A stretch of DNA of 64,000 nt from NCBI GenBank assembly GCA_046346705.1, contig JAXMHR010000012.1:109131-173130 (forward strand). The letters are read 5' to 3'. Shown piece by piece: positions 46,038 to 55,830 of the stretch; within the stretch, counting starts at the first letter, position 1, and every line of letters starts with the position of its first letter. The translations under genes and the position numbers were made by a program. Under the pieces are notes generated by a model that was not told the origin of the DNA, ran no database searches, and was given only the letters and a program-made list of their open reading frames with translations. The stretch comes from Verrucomicrobiota bacterium (GTDB taxonomy: Bacteria; Verrucomicrobiota; Verrucomicrobiia; Limisphaerales; UBA9464).

Positions 46038-46832
46038 GTGCAAATGTTGCGTTCTCAATCTGAACCCCGCCGCGGCGACAGGCTCCGCCGGTCGGGGTTT
46101 TCGATGGTGGAGATGCTGATCGTCACCGCCGTGGTTGCGACGCTGGCGGCGATGCTGCTGCCGGCGGTTTCCAAGGCGCGGGGTCGGGCGAAGGCCGTGA
46201 ACTGCGTGTCGAACCTGCGCCAGCTGGGACTCGGGTTGCGCATGTATGCGGAGACGGATCCCCTGGGTCGCCTGCCGGTGGATCCCGTCGGCGACCAGGA
46301 ACCGGCCTGGGTCTATTCCCTGACGTCCCATCTCGGCTCCGTGGAAGGCGTTCGGATTTGTCCGTCGGATGCCTTCGGGGCGGCCCGGAAAAAATGGAAC
46401 CGCACGAGTTATGTCCGGAACCAATACACTTCCCGGGATCTGGGGGTGACCGCGGACAGCACAGGGTTGACTCCGGGCGACGTGGGGACCATGGGCCCCG
46501 ATGGACAACCCCTCGTCCTGCATCCGTCGAGCCTCCGCCTGGCTTCGTATCGGCAGCCGTCCGAAACATTCCTGGCGTTCGAAGGCTCAAACGTCGGGGT
46601 CCTGTTTCCTCCGGCCTTGGACGATCGGGCGCCCGTCCCAGCGTTTGACGACCATACCCATCCCGACACGTGGATCTTCGGCTGGGCGCATGTCGTTGCC
46701 GATATTGATCCGGAACGGCATGGCCGTTCCTCCAATTACCTCTTTGCCGATGGCCATGTGGCTCCCATCCCCTCCGTTGTCCTCAGAAAGCGTCTTGAGG
46801 CGGGTGAAAACTTTGCCGTGATTCCCGAATAA
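46038..46832 (+). CDS. Prepilin-type N-terminal cleavage/methylation domain protein with DUF1559 / H-X9-DG C-terminus (pseudopilin-like)
   Basis: The N-terminus is GFSMVEMLIVTAVVATLAAMLLPAVSKAR, followed by NCVSNLRQLGLGLRMY. The C-terminus HGRSSNYLFADGHVAPI is the H-X9-DG motif. The start is GTG 46038 or ATG 46044. Confidence 0.9.
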   Translation: MQMLRSQSEPRRGDRLRRSGFSMVEMLIVTAVVATLAAMLLPAVSKARGRAKAVNCVSNLRQLGLGLRMYAETDPLGRLPVDPVGDQEPAWVYSLTSHLGSVEGVRICPSDAFGAARKKWNRTSYVRNQYTSRDLGVTADSTGLTPGDVGTMGPDGQPLVLHPSSLRLASYRQPSETFLAFEGSNVGVLFPPALDDRAPVPAFDDHTHPDTWIFGWAHVVADIDPERHGRSSNYLFADGHVAPIPSVVLRKRLEAGENFAVIPE

Positions 46833-46849
46833 GTTCGAAGTGATCGACC

Positions 46850-49800
46850 ATGAAATCCGCACGTTGGCTTTTGTCGGTACTCCTGGCCCTGACGATTCCC
46901 GTCGGCGCCTGGGGCGAGGATGTCGAGTTGGATCCCGTGGACGACTTCTACTTGTGGAGCGTGTCGAATGCGGAAGGCGCTCCGCTGCTGACGCCTTCGA
47001 GCGCAGATCCCGCCGGGCCTTCGGTCTCCTGGGTGAAACCTTCGCACGGAGACCATTTTCAGTTGCCCGATTCGGTATCACTCGTCGCCGTCGCCATGGA
47101 TCCCAACGGCCTGTTGGACGTTGTCGAGTTCCTGGCCAACGGGGAGTTGGTGGGCACGTCCCGGGTGGATTTTTGTCCGCCCTGTCCGAACCCGCCCATT
47201 TGTCCCATGGGCCCCTGCATCCTTCCCCCGGTGGGAACCCCCTTGAAGCATCAGGTCGAATGGGTGCGTCCGAAGCCGGGCTTCTATGAACTGGTGGCCC
47301 GGGCGGTTCGTGCGGACGGGTCCGTGGCGACGTCGCCTGCCATTGGCATCACGGTTGGGGCGGTCGATCCCACGTCGCTGGTCTGGGTCGAGACCGTCCA
47401 GGGCCGCGCGGTTGAGGGTCGGGTGCGGGATGATGGCACACGGGACTTCATTTCCTTCCGGGTCCATCGGCAGGGCAACACCCAACGAAACCTGCAGGTG
47501 TTTTATCATTTGAAGGGCGAGGCCATTCCCGGTGCCGACTACCTGGCGTTTCCCGGCCCAATTTCCTTTCTTCCGGGAGTGGAGGCTCAGGAAGTACGGT
47601 ATGAGGTTTTGGAGGATTTTCTGCTCGAGGGAGAGGAATCCCTGGTTTTCGTGCTCGACCCATCCCCCACGATGGGGCCGGCGTCTCCCTACGAAGTGGA
47701 TCCCAATCGCGCGTCCGCCACGGGTTTCATTGAGGATTCAGGATCCGAGATTCCGGTGGTGACGGTCCAAACGCGACTGCCCTATGCGCTGGAAGGGGAC
47801 CGCCTCAATCGCGGGGAATTTCTCCTGAACCGGACGGGAGATCTCTCCCAGGCATTGTCGGTTAATTTTGAGGTTTCGGGGACTGCGAACCGCGGCTCCG
47901 ACTACCGACTGGTGCTGAACCCGTGTGATGACTGCGCGGCTCCGGACCAGGAGGTGAGTGGAAACACCCTGGTCTTCCCCGAAGGACAGGGAAGCCTGGT
48001 GATTGGAGTTTTCGCAAACTTTGACGGTTTGCCCCCGCACGCGGAGGCGTTTGTCGAGGATCTCCAGTTCCAGATCTCCTCACCGATGATTCCCGCGGTC
48101 CTCGGTGCACGCCCGCCGTACCTCGTGGGAAATCCCGACCGGGCTTCCGTCTCCGTGATTGAGCGGAGGAATCCCGGGGGCCCGGAGGTGATCCTGATTC
48201 AGCCCTCCGAAGGAGAGATATTGCCGCTCGGTGTTCCCAATGGGCTCCGGGCGTTGGCGGTGGATCCGAAGGGCTCGATCCGCCGGGTGGAATTTCTCGC
48301 CAACGGCGCGCTGGTGGGCGTTTCCGAGATCACGACCGAGGAGGTCGATGTTCCCGGCCGGATTCGGGTTCATTCCGCATCGTGGACGGTGGCGGACGTC
48401 GCGCAGTCCGGACAGTACGTCCTGAGCGCACAGGCCGGGTCCGTGGTTTCGGGGTTGGTTCCGGTGACCGTGGAGGGCGGAAGCTCCCTGTTGCCAACGG
48501 TGACCCTCGCCACCCGCAGGACTCCTGTGCAGGAATCGGGGGATGCCCAGAGCCGCACGGGAGGATTCGTCCTTCATCGCTCGGGAGGCGGGGGACTGGA
48601 CGGGGCTCTGACGGTCTTCGTGCTCGCCTCCGGTTCCGCCATTCCGGGTCTCGACTATCAGTGGAATGGCGGGCCACGGGTCGATTTCCCGGGAAGCCTT
48701 CCCTATTTTGGCGCGTTCCAACCCGTCGTTTTCAAACCGGGCGAGACTGAAGCCACCCTTGAATTCACGGCGCTCCAGGACGGCCTCGTCGAGGGGCGCG
48801 AGACGGTGGAGGTGCAGGTGGTCGAGCCTCCCGTGCTGGCGCTGGATGCCGCGGGACTCCCCGGAATCCTGCCGATGTACCTGATTGGAGTGCCCGACAA
48901 GGCCCAGGCCGATATTGAAGATGCGGATTTGAAGGGCGCCCTCGTCGTTGTCTCGGAACCCGGGGCAGGTTCCCGCTTCCATCCGGGGGATGTGATTCCA
49001 ATCACGGCAACCGCGATCCGGCCCGACGCCGGGATTGAGTCCATCCAGTTTCTCGCCGACGGCCAGGTGATTGGGACGGTGAATTACTGCTGCGAGGTGT
49101 GTGACTGCGCGCCGGCGCCGGTGGGACGGGCGTTCACCGCCCGGTTCGCCTGGTCGTCCGCGCCCGCAGGGACGCATGTCCTGACCGCGCGGACCGTGGC
49201 CGGGCCGAACGAATTCGCGGAATCGGCGCCCGTGACGATTACCGTGGAGGCCGGGGAAGGGGCGAATTTGGTCATCGTATCGCCTACCGAGGGAGCGGTT
49301 CTCCCGGCGGGAGTGCCGGTCACGGTGGATACCGTGGGAGTGGATCCCTCCTCGCTGGTGACAACGGTGGAGTTTTTCGCCAATGGGGAGAAGATCGGGG
49401 AGAGCTGCTTCCTGTGCGTGGTGGATGGGATCTTCCCGCCCGGCACCCCGATTCACAATCACCTGGATTGGACCCCCAAGGCGCCGGGCTCCTACGTGTT
49501 GACGGCGTTGGGGTGGTTCTCGGATGCCGCGGGAAATTTGCGCAAGGTGCCGTCGTCACCGGTGACGCTCCGGGTGAAAGAGAATTCCCAGGGGGCTCGG
49601 CTGACTCTCCTGGAACCCGTAAATGGGGCTCAGGTCACTTCGGGCGAAGACGTGTCGGTGACCTGCGTGGGCGTGGGCCGCGAAGGTGGAATCACCGACG
49701 TGGCACTGCGCGTGGATGGGGTATCCGTCGCCGAGTCGCACCTGTCGTTTTTCCGTCCCCCGGGGGCCGACGAGGAGGTGCGTCATTCCTTTGTGATCCG

Positions 49801-51400
49801 TCTCGCGCCGGGAACCCATCGATTGGACGTTCAGGATCTGAAGGACCCTGCAATCCAATCCCCCCCGGTGACTGTGGTGGCCGTGGCCTCGGGCGCGCGG
49901 ATCACCTGGGTCCAGCCGGTGGAAGGTGCGGAGTTCGCGTTCGGAAAGCCCATCGAACTGGAGGTTCAGACGGTGGATCCCGCGGGACTCCTGTTCCTCG
50001 TCGAATACCTCGCGGACGGCATCAAGATCGGGGAGTCCACCTACGACTGCATCACCTGTCGTCCCGCCCCCGGCGCAACCCTCGTGCAACGGTTCACCTG
50101 GGTCGGGGCTCCCGTGGGGCTTCATACGTTGGTGGCGCGGTCGCAGAAGGCGGATGGCACCTGGGTCGAATCCGAACCCCGGGTGATCTCGGTTCGGGAG
50201 ATCGGGGAAACACCGTCGTTTGTCCGGCGGGTGCTCCCGACCACGTATGCCGCCGACAGCCCTTTCACCGTGACCTTGATTGTGTCGCCGGCGGATTCGG
50301 TGGCTGCGTATGTGGTGGAGGAGGTGCCTCCGTTTGCCCGGCCGACCTTTGGGATTCCCGAAAACCTGCCGCCGTTTTGGCGGGTGGTGGCGATCAGCGA
50401 TGGCGGGGTGTTCGATTCGGTCACGGGCAGGATCAAGTATGGTCCGTTCCTGGATTCGGCACCCAGGACGTTGTCGTATCAGGTGCTCCCGGACCGCGTT
50501 GTGGACGTCGCCCCGTTTGAGGGCGTTGGAGTTGCCGATGGGGTCCGTTCTTCCATCACGGGCGACCGTGAGCTCCGCGGTGCCGTGCAGCATCCGGCGG
50601 ACCGGGATCCGGCCGACAATGCGTTGGGGGCCGGAGAACTCACCCGATACGCCGCCGCCTGGAAGCGGGAAGAGCTCTGGCCCGGCGGTCCTAATCCCAT
50701 CCCCCTCGATTACGTGACCCGGGCCGCCGCCTTGTGGAAGGGGGGCGAACGCTACTCGTATGATCCGACCGCGGGTGCTCCTCCCTTCTGCTGGGTGTAC
50801 GGGCCGTTCCCGGTTCCGGGGGCGGCATCCGCAGCCTTGAGTCCAACGTTCGCCGGCATGGCGGTGCGCACCGTGGAGACCCGGGCCGACGGGACCCGCC
50901 ATGTCACGGTCCGCTTGACGCCGGCGCCGGGCATCCGGGCGTTTGCCCTGGAGGAATCCCTTGCGGTCACCGGCGCGGTCCTGGGCATGACGCCCGAAGG
51001 GGCGCTGGCGCCCTCCGGACGCGTGATTCGTTGGGGGCCGTTCTATGGTCCGGACCGCGTGGAGGTTTCCTATGACGTCGCGGCCGGGATTCCCGGGTTC
51101 GTGGTCTCGGGGCGGGCGTCGTTCGACGGACAATCCGTCGCCGTACATGAACGTACCGAGTCGGGGGATGGGGAAAGCAGCCCCCGGATCGGCATGGATG
51201 TCCTACACGACGGGGCTCATCAATTCTCGATGGACCTCAGCGGGATGCCGCCAGGGAAGGGACTGGTCCTCGAGATGAGCACGGACCTTCAGCACTGGAC
51301 TCTCGTGGACACCTTCACCCAAGGAGCCGGTGCGGCATTCGCACGGGATGTCCTCGTTCTGGGGGACGCCGTACGCTTCTACCGGGCCGTGTCCCGCTGA
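46850..51400 (+). CDS. Large secreted Ig-like/Calx-beta repeat protein (1,516 aa) with a terminal beta-sandwich-like module
   Basis: Signal peptide: [22 protein letters not shown]. Six Ig-like units are marked by (V/I)EF(L/F)A(N/D)G..(V/I)G(T/V/E)S. Calx-beta-like units are present ([31 protein letters not shown]; [27 protein letters not shown]). The tail reads ..[12 protein letters not shown]...[10 protein letters not shown]. Confidence 0.85.
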   Translation: MKSARWLLSVLLALTIPVGAWGEDVELDPVDDFYLWSVSNAEGAPLLTPSSADPAGPSVSWVKPSHGDHFQLPDSVSLVAVAMDPNGLLDVVEFLANGELVGTSRVDFCPPCPNPPICPMGPCILPPVGTPLKHQVEWVRPKPGFYELVARAVRADGSVATSPAIGITVGAVDPTSLVWVETVQGRAVEGRVRDDGTRDFISFRVHRQGNTQRNLQVFYHLKGEAIPGADYLAFPGPISFLPGVEAQEVRYEVLEDFLLEGEESLVFVLDPSPTMGPASPYEVDPNRASATGFIEDSGSEIPVVTVQTRLPYALEGDRLNRGEFLLNRTGDLSQALSVNFEVSGTANRGSDYRLVLNPCDDCAAPDQEVSGNTLVFPEGQGSLVIGVFANFDGLPPHAEAFVEDLQFQISSPMIPAVLGARPPYLVGNPDRASVSVIERRNPGGPEVILIQPSEGEILPLGVPNGLRALAVDPKGSIRRVEFLANGALVGVSEITTEEVDVPGRIRVHSASWTVADVAQSGQYVLSAQAGSVVSGLVPVTVEGGSSLLPTVTLATRRTPVQESGDAQSRTGGFVLHRSGGGGLDGALTVFVLASGSAIPGLDYQWNGGPRVDFPGSLPYFGAFQPVVFKPGETEATLEFTALQDGLVEGRETVEVQVVEPPVLALDAAGLPGILPMYLIGVPDKAQADIEDADLKGALVVVSEPGAGSRFHPGDVIPITATAIRPDAGIESIQFLADGQVIGTVNYCCEVCDCAPAPVGRAFTARFAWSSAPAGTHVLTARTVAGPNEFAESAPVTITVEAGEGANLVIVSPTEGAVLPAGVPVTVDTVGVDPSSLVTTVEFFANGEKIGESCFLCVVDGIFPPGTPIHNHLDWTPKAPGSYVLTALGWFSDAAGNLRKVPSSPVTLRVKENSQGARLTLLEPVNGAQVTSGEDVSVTCVGVGREGGITDVALRVDGVSVAESHLSFFRPPGADEEVRHSFVIRLAPGTHRLDVQDLKDPAIQSPPVTVVAVASGARITWVQPVEGAEFAFGKPIELEVQTVDPAGLLFLVEYLADGIKIGESTYDCITCRPAPGATLVQRFTWVGAPVGLHTLVARSQKADGTWVESEPRVISVREIGETPSFVRRVLPTTYAADSPFTVTLIVSPADSVAAYVVEEVPPFARPTFGIPENLPPFWRVVAISDGGVFDSVTGRIKYGPFLDSAPRTLSYQVLPDRVVDVAPFEGVGVADGVRSSITGDRELRGAVQHPADRDPADNALGAGELTRYAAAWKREELWPGGPNPIPLDYVTRAAALWKGGERYSYDPTAGAPPFCWVYGPFPVPGAASAALSPTFAGMAVRTVETRADGTRHVTVRLTPAPGIRAFALEESLAVTGAVLGMTPEGALAPSGRVIRWGPFYGPDRVEVSYDVAAGIPGFVVSGRASFDGQSVAVHERTESGDGESSPRIGMDVLHDGAHQFSMDLSGMPPGKGLVLEMSTDLQHWTLVDTFTQGAGAAFARDVLVLGDAVRFYRAVSR

Positions 51401-51456
51401 ATTGGAATCACCGCCTGGGCTCGACGCCGGGCCTGGGGAACCGGCAGTCTTGGCGG

Positions 51457-52473
51457 GTGAACTCCCTCGATCTGAAGTGCGTCCGGACGTTCGCGTCCCG
51501 GGCCTTGGCGTCCCTCGTGTTCCTGGCGGTCTGCCTCTCCGGTTCGACGTGGGCGGGGCCTCTGGATGACGTGTATCGGTTGGGTCCGGATTCCCTGCCG
51601 CAGGAAGGCGTGCCGAAGGGCAGGGTGATCGGGCCGCTCACGCTGCCGAGCCAGGTATTCACCAACACGACGCGGAACTACTGGATCTATGTGCCGGCGC
51701 AATACGATCCGAAGAAGCCCGCGGCGCTGATGATTTTTCAGGACGGGCATGCCTTTGTCGGGCCCGAGGGCGAATACCGGATTCCCAACGTCTTCGACAA
51801 CCTGATCTACCGGCGCGAGATGCCGGTGACGATCGGCGTCTTTGTGAATCCGGGCCGCACGCCGGACCAGAAGGAGGCCTCGTCGTCCGACTGGGGCGAC
51901 CGGGTGAACAACCGGGCGACGGAGTATAATGAGCTTAACGACCGTTACGCGCGCATGATTGTTGAGGAGTTGATCCCCACCCTGAAGAAGGACTACGCGA
52001 TCTCGGACAACCCGGATGACCGCGCCATTGCCGGGGCCAGTTCCGGGGCGATCTGTGCGTTCACCGTCGCGTGGCAGCGTCCGGACCAGTTTCACAAGGT
52101 CATCAGCACCATCGGGAGTTTCACCAACATCCGCGGCGGACATGTCTATCCCGACCTGGTGAAATCCTCGGATCGGAAGCCCATTCGCATCTTCCTCCAG
52201 GACGGCTTGAACGACAACCGGGGAAGCCGTCGCGACGGCGGCTACGACGCGACCTGGGACTGGCACACGCAGAACCGGAAGATGGTGGAGGCGCTGACGG
52301 CCAAAGGCTACGACGTGAACTATTGCTGGGGCATTGGAACCCACTCCAACAAACAGGGCGGCGCGATGATGCCCGAAATGCTCCGCTGGCTCTGGCGGGA
52401 CTATCCCCGTCCCGACGACCCCGCGGACGATTCCAACCGGAAGCTCCTGCCCGCCGTGTCCCCGGCGCCCTGA
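51457..52473 (+). CDS. Secreted esterase (Esterase/PF00756, enterochelin-esterase-like alpha/beta hydrolase)
   Basis: Signal peptide: [18 protein letters not shown]. Motifs: [41 protein letters not shown] (GxSxG), ISTIGSF. Confidence 0.8.
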   Translation: MNSLDLKCVRTFASRALASLVFLAVCLSGSTWAGPLDDVYRLGPDSLPQEGVPKGRVIGPLTLPSQVFTNTTRNYWIYVPAQYDPKKPAALMIFQDGHAFVGPEGEYRIPNVFDNLIYRREMPVTIGVFVNPGRTPDQKEASSSDWGDRVNNRATEYNELNDRYARMIVEELIPTLKKDYAISDNPDDRAIAGASSGAICAFTVAWQRPDQFHKVISTIGSFTNIRGGHVYPDLVKSSDRKPIRIFLQDGLNDNRGSRRDGGYDATWDWHTQNRKMVEALTAKGYDVNYCWGIGTHSNKQGGAMMPEMLRWLWRDYPRPDDPADDSNRKLLPAVSPAP

Positions 52474-52699
52474 GGCGGTTCGATAAGATGGGAGGGATGG
52501 CATGTTGCCGTCCGAAAACAGATCCGCGGTTGGGCGCGAGGATGGAATTGCGTGTGAATCCCCGTACGAAGGGCGTGACTTGAATGGGGCTCGCAGCATG
52601 CAAGCCCTCCCGTGGGAAGGAGGGGAGGGGCGGCGTCCCGCCGTCCGTAAACAATTCCGGGACCTCGCGGCTAAGAGCAAAGCGGAGCGGGGGCAACTC

Positions 52700-53325
52700 G
52701 AAGAAACGCATGAACCTTGAAGAGGAAATTCAGCGACCCCAGACCGCAGGGAGATGATCCGCGCCCGTGTCATAGCAATACCTTCCATCGCGAAGCGTCT
52801 TGGACTGCGGTAGTCCCCGCTTTCCGACGTGACGGGACGCGCTCCGGAGTCACTGGACCCTATTCCCACGGACGCCACCCGAGTCCCTCGTGGAAGGACG
52901 GTGGAACCTGGGGGGAAGGTCAGTGGGCCTGGCACCTTCTCCATTGCACCTCGCGACTCAAGGGCGGCCGGAACCCGAGTCGGGCGCTTGGACCAACTCA
53001 AGCCTTCGTCCTCAATGGTCCATGAAGGACGTCCCTGGTAGAGGAAGATAAGCGCACACAAAGGCCTGGTTCTGGGTGGACGGCCCCACTCGCTCCGCCG
53101 CGAGATGGGAGTCGAGGCCTTGCACCTCATCCGCACCCCCATCTCGCGGGGATGCCGGCGGCCATTCCAGACGATGAACCGCCGGATCCAATCCACATAA
53201 GCCTCCTCGGTGCGCAGGGAAAGCTGCCGGAAGCGGATCACTTCCCGACATTGATCCAGGAACCGGAGCTTCGGATTGGGGATGTAGCGTTCCAACGGTC
53301 TCTGGGGTGCGGAGCGCCGCTCCAT
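52700..53325 (-). pseudogene. Decayed, truncated integron-type tyrosine recombinase (IntI-like N-terminal SAM-like domain plus start of catalytic domain)
   Basis: MERRSAPQRPLERYIPNPKLRFLDQCREVIRFRQLSLRTEEAYVDWIRRFIVWNGRRHPREMG matches by eye the IntI1 N-terminus ([42 protein letters not shown]). The next segment (EVQGLDSHLAAERVGPSTQNQA) lies in another frame. The frame then returns (LCALIFLYQG..WSKRPTRVPAAL). Similarity fades after ~200 aa and the catalytic RHRY core is not recoverable. Confidence 0.65.
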
Positions 53326-53769
53326 CCGACCCCGGCCGGACCTGGGTGGGATCCTGCCCACCAGCGACGACCGACCTTCCCCATCCGCTTCGGCATTCAT
53401 CCCCGAACTCTATCCCGACCTTGGTCTCCACCGGCCATCCGAAACGCCTCCCGAGAAATGAGGAGCGGAGGCGGATTCGCGACGCGCAGCGTCGAGTTGG
53501 GCGGAACTTCTTCGATCTCAAATCGGTGAAAACCGTTCTCTTGCAGCGAATGGGAGATCCTGTTGGACGGCGGGGTTCCGAGTTGGACCGAAGAAGGCGC
53601 TTCCCGTCAGACCCGCCCACCCCTCCGGACTCAAGTTAGGTGGATGATGCGTCGCTCAAGTGCCCAATAATCCCCTCTTTCGCATAGACATAGCGAGCGT
53701 ATTAGGCTTCGCTCTACTGAGTTAGGCGGATCCTGCTTCCGTCCAATAATAGTTCGCCAGAAGGATGCC

Positions 53770-54561
53770 ATGCCACGTAGAAGTCGATGGAGTCAAAAAT
53801 CGTTTGAGAAGGGAGTTCAAGAGATTGAGCTCTTCTCATGGGACTATTTCGGTGACTACATCTACGACAGGTTGCTGGACTTCAAGACCTACGTCTTTCG
53901 AGGCCATCGACGGTCCGATTGGAAGCTTGAGTCGACGCTAGACAGGGAACTTAGGGGGACGCTTCCAAATTTGCGCCAATCGCGCATGCAGGCCCACCTT
54001 GAAACCTTCAAGCACGCCGCGCGGGGCAGGCGCGGTCAGAACCCACCACGGCTGGACACCGAGAATGATTGGTGGGCACTTGGTCAGCATTACGGTCTTT
54101 ACACCCCACTCCTGGACTGGACCACGTCGCCATACGTTGCCGCCTTCTTTGCATTTGAAAAGACCAAGCACGACGATTCCCACCGCCGCGCGATCTGGTG
54201 CCTCGCGCAGAAGAGCATCGCAGATCGTTCCACCGAAATCGCGTCCCAGCACAGCGGGAATGATCGCCCCCCGATCGTAGAGTTCATCCGTCCGTTCTCA
54301 GATGAAAACTCACGCCTCGTCAATCAGGGCGGTCTGTTTACTCGTAGTCCATTGGGCGTCGATCTTGAGACGTGGGTAAAGCAGCAGTTTCCAAATGAGA
54401 CCAAGAGTTGCCTCCTGATCAAGATCACTGCTCCATCTCATAGTCGTCACAAATGCCTTCAAGAGCTGAATCGCATGAATATTAACTACCTGACTTTGTT
54501 CCCAGACCTTTACGGAGCTTCGTTGCACTGTAATACAGCTCACAAGATCCAAAACTACTAA
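53770..54561 (+). CDS. FRG domain-containing protein
   Basis: Motifs: YVFRGHRRSDWKLESTLDR (FRG motif), WWALGQHYGLYTPLLDWTTSPYVAAFFAF, NSRLVNQGGLFT. AGGA lies 4 nt upstream of the ATG. GC is visibly lower than in flanking genes. Confidence 0.85.
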   Translation: MPRRSRWSQKSFEKGVQEIELFSWDYFGDYIYDRLLDFKTYVFRGHRRSDWKLESTLDRELRGTLPNLRQSRMQAHLETFKHAARGRRGQNPPRLDTENDWWALGQHYGLYTPLLDWTTSPYVAAFFAFEKTKHDDSHRRAIWCLAQKSIADRSTEIASQHSGNDRPPIVEFIRPFSDENSRLVNQGGLFTRSPLGVDLETWVKQQFPNETKSCLLIKITAPSHSRHKCLQELNRMNINYLTLFPDLYGASLHCNTAHKIQNY

Positions 54562-54563
54562 CT

Positions 54564-54665
54564 GTGCGAACCAGACGGTGCAGCGAACGGGAGCCAGCCG
54601 ATTCGCTTGGAGACAAATCCAACGTCATCGGCGGCTGGCTTCCGTCGCTGACCTTTTCGTTGGGC
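54564..54665 (+). other. attC-like imperfect palindrome 5 nt after the FRG stop, ending in a perfect GTTRRRY core (GTTGGGC 54659-54665)
   Basis: The left arm is TGCAGCGAACGGGAGCCAGCCGAT (54581-54602). The right arm is ATCGGCGGCTGGCTTCCGTCGCTGA (54627-54651). They pair with bulged G and A on the left arm and a 3-nt bulge on the right. The outer boxes are tGCGAAC (54565-71) and GTTGGGC. It could alternatively act as a terminator (TTTT follows the stem). Confidence 0.5.
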
Positions 54666-54681
54666 ATCAACACACAGGCCA

Positions 54682-54954
54682 ATGAATCACTTGCCCGCAA
54701 ACCAAGGCGACATCGGTTGGCGAAGGTTCTTCATCTGCGTGGAGGTGGGGTTGGCCTTGTCGTGGTTCGGGGCCGAGGGTTGCAAGGGGAGGATCTCGGA
54801 CATGTGCTTCGCTGTTATGGGGATGACCACGGTTGTCCTTCTATTCGTGCTCCCCTGGTTCTGGGCCAGACTTCGCCACGTGGCGCTATTGGGCTGGCTC
54901 ATGGGCGTTGGCTCAGTCTTCCTCTTGGCACTTCGGTCCCCTGGTCACCGATGA
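54682..54954 (+). CDS. Small (90-aa) predicted three-helix membrane protein
   Basis: Three hydrophobic stretches are present: FFICVEVGLALSWFGA, MGMTTVVLLFVLPWFWA, VALLGWLMGVGSVFLLAL. Its stop overlaps the ATG of the next gene (ATGA at 54951-54954). It starts 23 nt after the GTTGGGC core. I recognise no homology. Confidence 0.45.
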   Translation: MNHLPANQGDIGWRRFFICVEVGLALSWFGAEGCKGRISDMCFAVMGMTTVVLLFVLPWFWARLRHVALLGWLMGVGSVFLLALRSPGHR

Positions 54955-55607
54955 ATACGAATTTGCCCAACAAAGCGGCTGCACTCGAACGCCTCGATGC
55001 ACCCTGGTTCCAGTCGAGTATCATGGGCGCGGCGTCGGTGAGCCGAGACGTTGGGCAAATTATGAATGTCCCCGAATTTATCATCGCATTCCTTCAAGCT
55101 GTAGCATGGCCCGCAGTTGTGGTGACACTCGCCCTAACTTTCCGCAGCGACTTGGCGGCGCTGCTCGGCCGAATCAGCACGTTCAAACACAAAGAGACGG
55201 AACTTCAGTTCGGGCGCGAACTCGCAGAGGCAGCCGATGAGGTGAGGAGAGAGTCGAGCGCTGGAGCCGAGTATCTATCAACTCCGGAAGCCAGGAAGAT
55301 TCTCGCGGTCCTAGAGATTGATCCTAAGGCCGCGATTATCGCCGCGTGGGTTGAGTTCGAATCCGCTGCCCGCGCTGCTTTGCCGCAGAAGCTAGGTTCG
55401 GAGAGACCGTCTCCGATTCCGCATGTTATCGACGCACTCTTGGCGAGCGGACGATTGCACAAATCCGACGCTGAGTTTCTGGGTGTATTGCGCAGGCTTC
55501 GGAATGCCGTTCTGCACTCCGCTGAGGCACCTGTAGATCAAGAAATGGGTTACAAGGCGGTGACCGCGTTACTAGTGATGGCGTGGGAACTGCGTCATCC
55601 GGAATGA
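54951..55607 (+). CDS. Membrane-anchored protein with a C-terminal HEPN-like (DUF4145-like, R-N-x3-H) motif
   Basis: The N-terminal TM helix is FIIAFLQAVAWPAVVVTLALTF. The C-terminal helical domain carries LGVLRRLRNAVLHS (Rx4H with Asn after Arg, the HEPN signature). ATG 54951 was chosen over the long ORF start at 54564, which would read through the hairpin. Confidence 0.55.
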   Translation: MNTNLPNKAAALERLDAPWFQSSIMGAASVSRDVGQIMNVPEFIIAFLQAVAWPAVVVTLALTFRSDLAALLGRISTFKHKETELQFGRELAEAADEVRRESSAGAEYLSTPEARKILAVLEIDPKAAIIAAWVEFESAARAALPQKLGSERPSPIPHVIDALLASGRLHKSDAEFLGVLRRLRNAVLHSAEAPVDQEMGYKAVTALLVMAWELRHPE

Positions 55608-55613
55608 CAAACG

Positions 55614-55705
55614 GCCCAACATGCACTGCAGCGAACCCGGCGGGGGCTTCGTGGTTGCAATCGTTGTGTCTCGTGCGCCGGGTCGCTGAGCTTGGGTCGT
55701 TCGGC
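55614..55705 (+). other. Second attC-like imperfect palindrome 7 nt after the HEPN-gene stop, starting with a perfect RYYYAAC inverse core (GCCCAAC 55614-55620)
   Basis: The arms are TGCAGCGAACCCGGCG (55628-55642) and CGCCGGGTCGCTGA (55676-55689). They have the same bulged G and A as the first site. GCCCAAC is the exact reverse complement of GTTGGGC at 54659-54665. The candidate 3' core is GTTCGGC (55699-55705). Confidence 0.5.
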
Positions 55706-55830
55706 GTGTTGACCATGAGCACCCAACCTCGATCACACCTCAGCAAAAGACAACGTGAGCGTTGCATGATCGAAGCAGCATGGGCGGCTTTTGCTCACGC
55801 GTATCCGGCACGTAGTGGAAAGGCAATGGG

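Noticed and set aside
52473-52720. tRNA or tmRNA gene as an island integration target at the left border (also checked 62348-62495 at the right border)
   Set aside because: On either strand I could not find a GTTCGAATC-type T-loop with a matching acceptor stem or cloverleaf. This was checked by eye only, so tRNAscan-SE or ARAGORN should confirm it.
51379-53400. 673-aa minus-strand ORF, the longest unassigned ORF in the track
   Set aside because: Most of it (51379-52473) is antisense to the well-supported esterase gene and is Arg/Pro/Gly-rich, the typical high-GC shadow ORF. Only its first ~200 codons (52700-53325) carry integrase-like sequence, and those are annotated separately as a pseudogene.
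54564-54950. N-terminal 129-codon extension of the HEPN-motif ORF (ORF track start 54564)
   Set aside because: The extension would start 3 nt after the FRG stop, read straight through the attC-like hairpin, and translate to Arg/Gly-rich low-complexity sequence. An alternative-frame ORF with three clean hydrophobic helices occupies 54682-54954 and ends in an ATGA overlap with ATG 54951.
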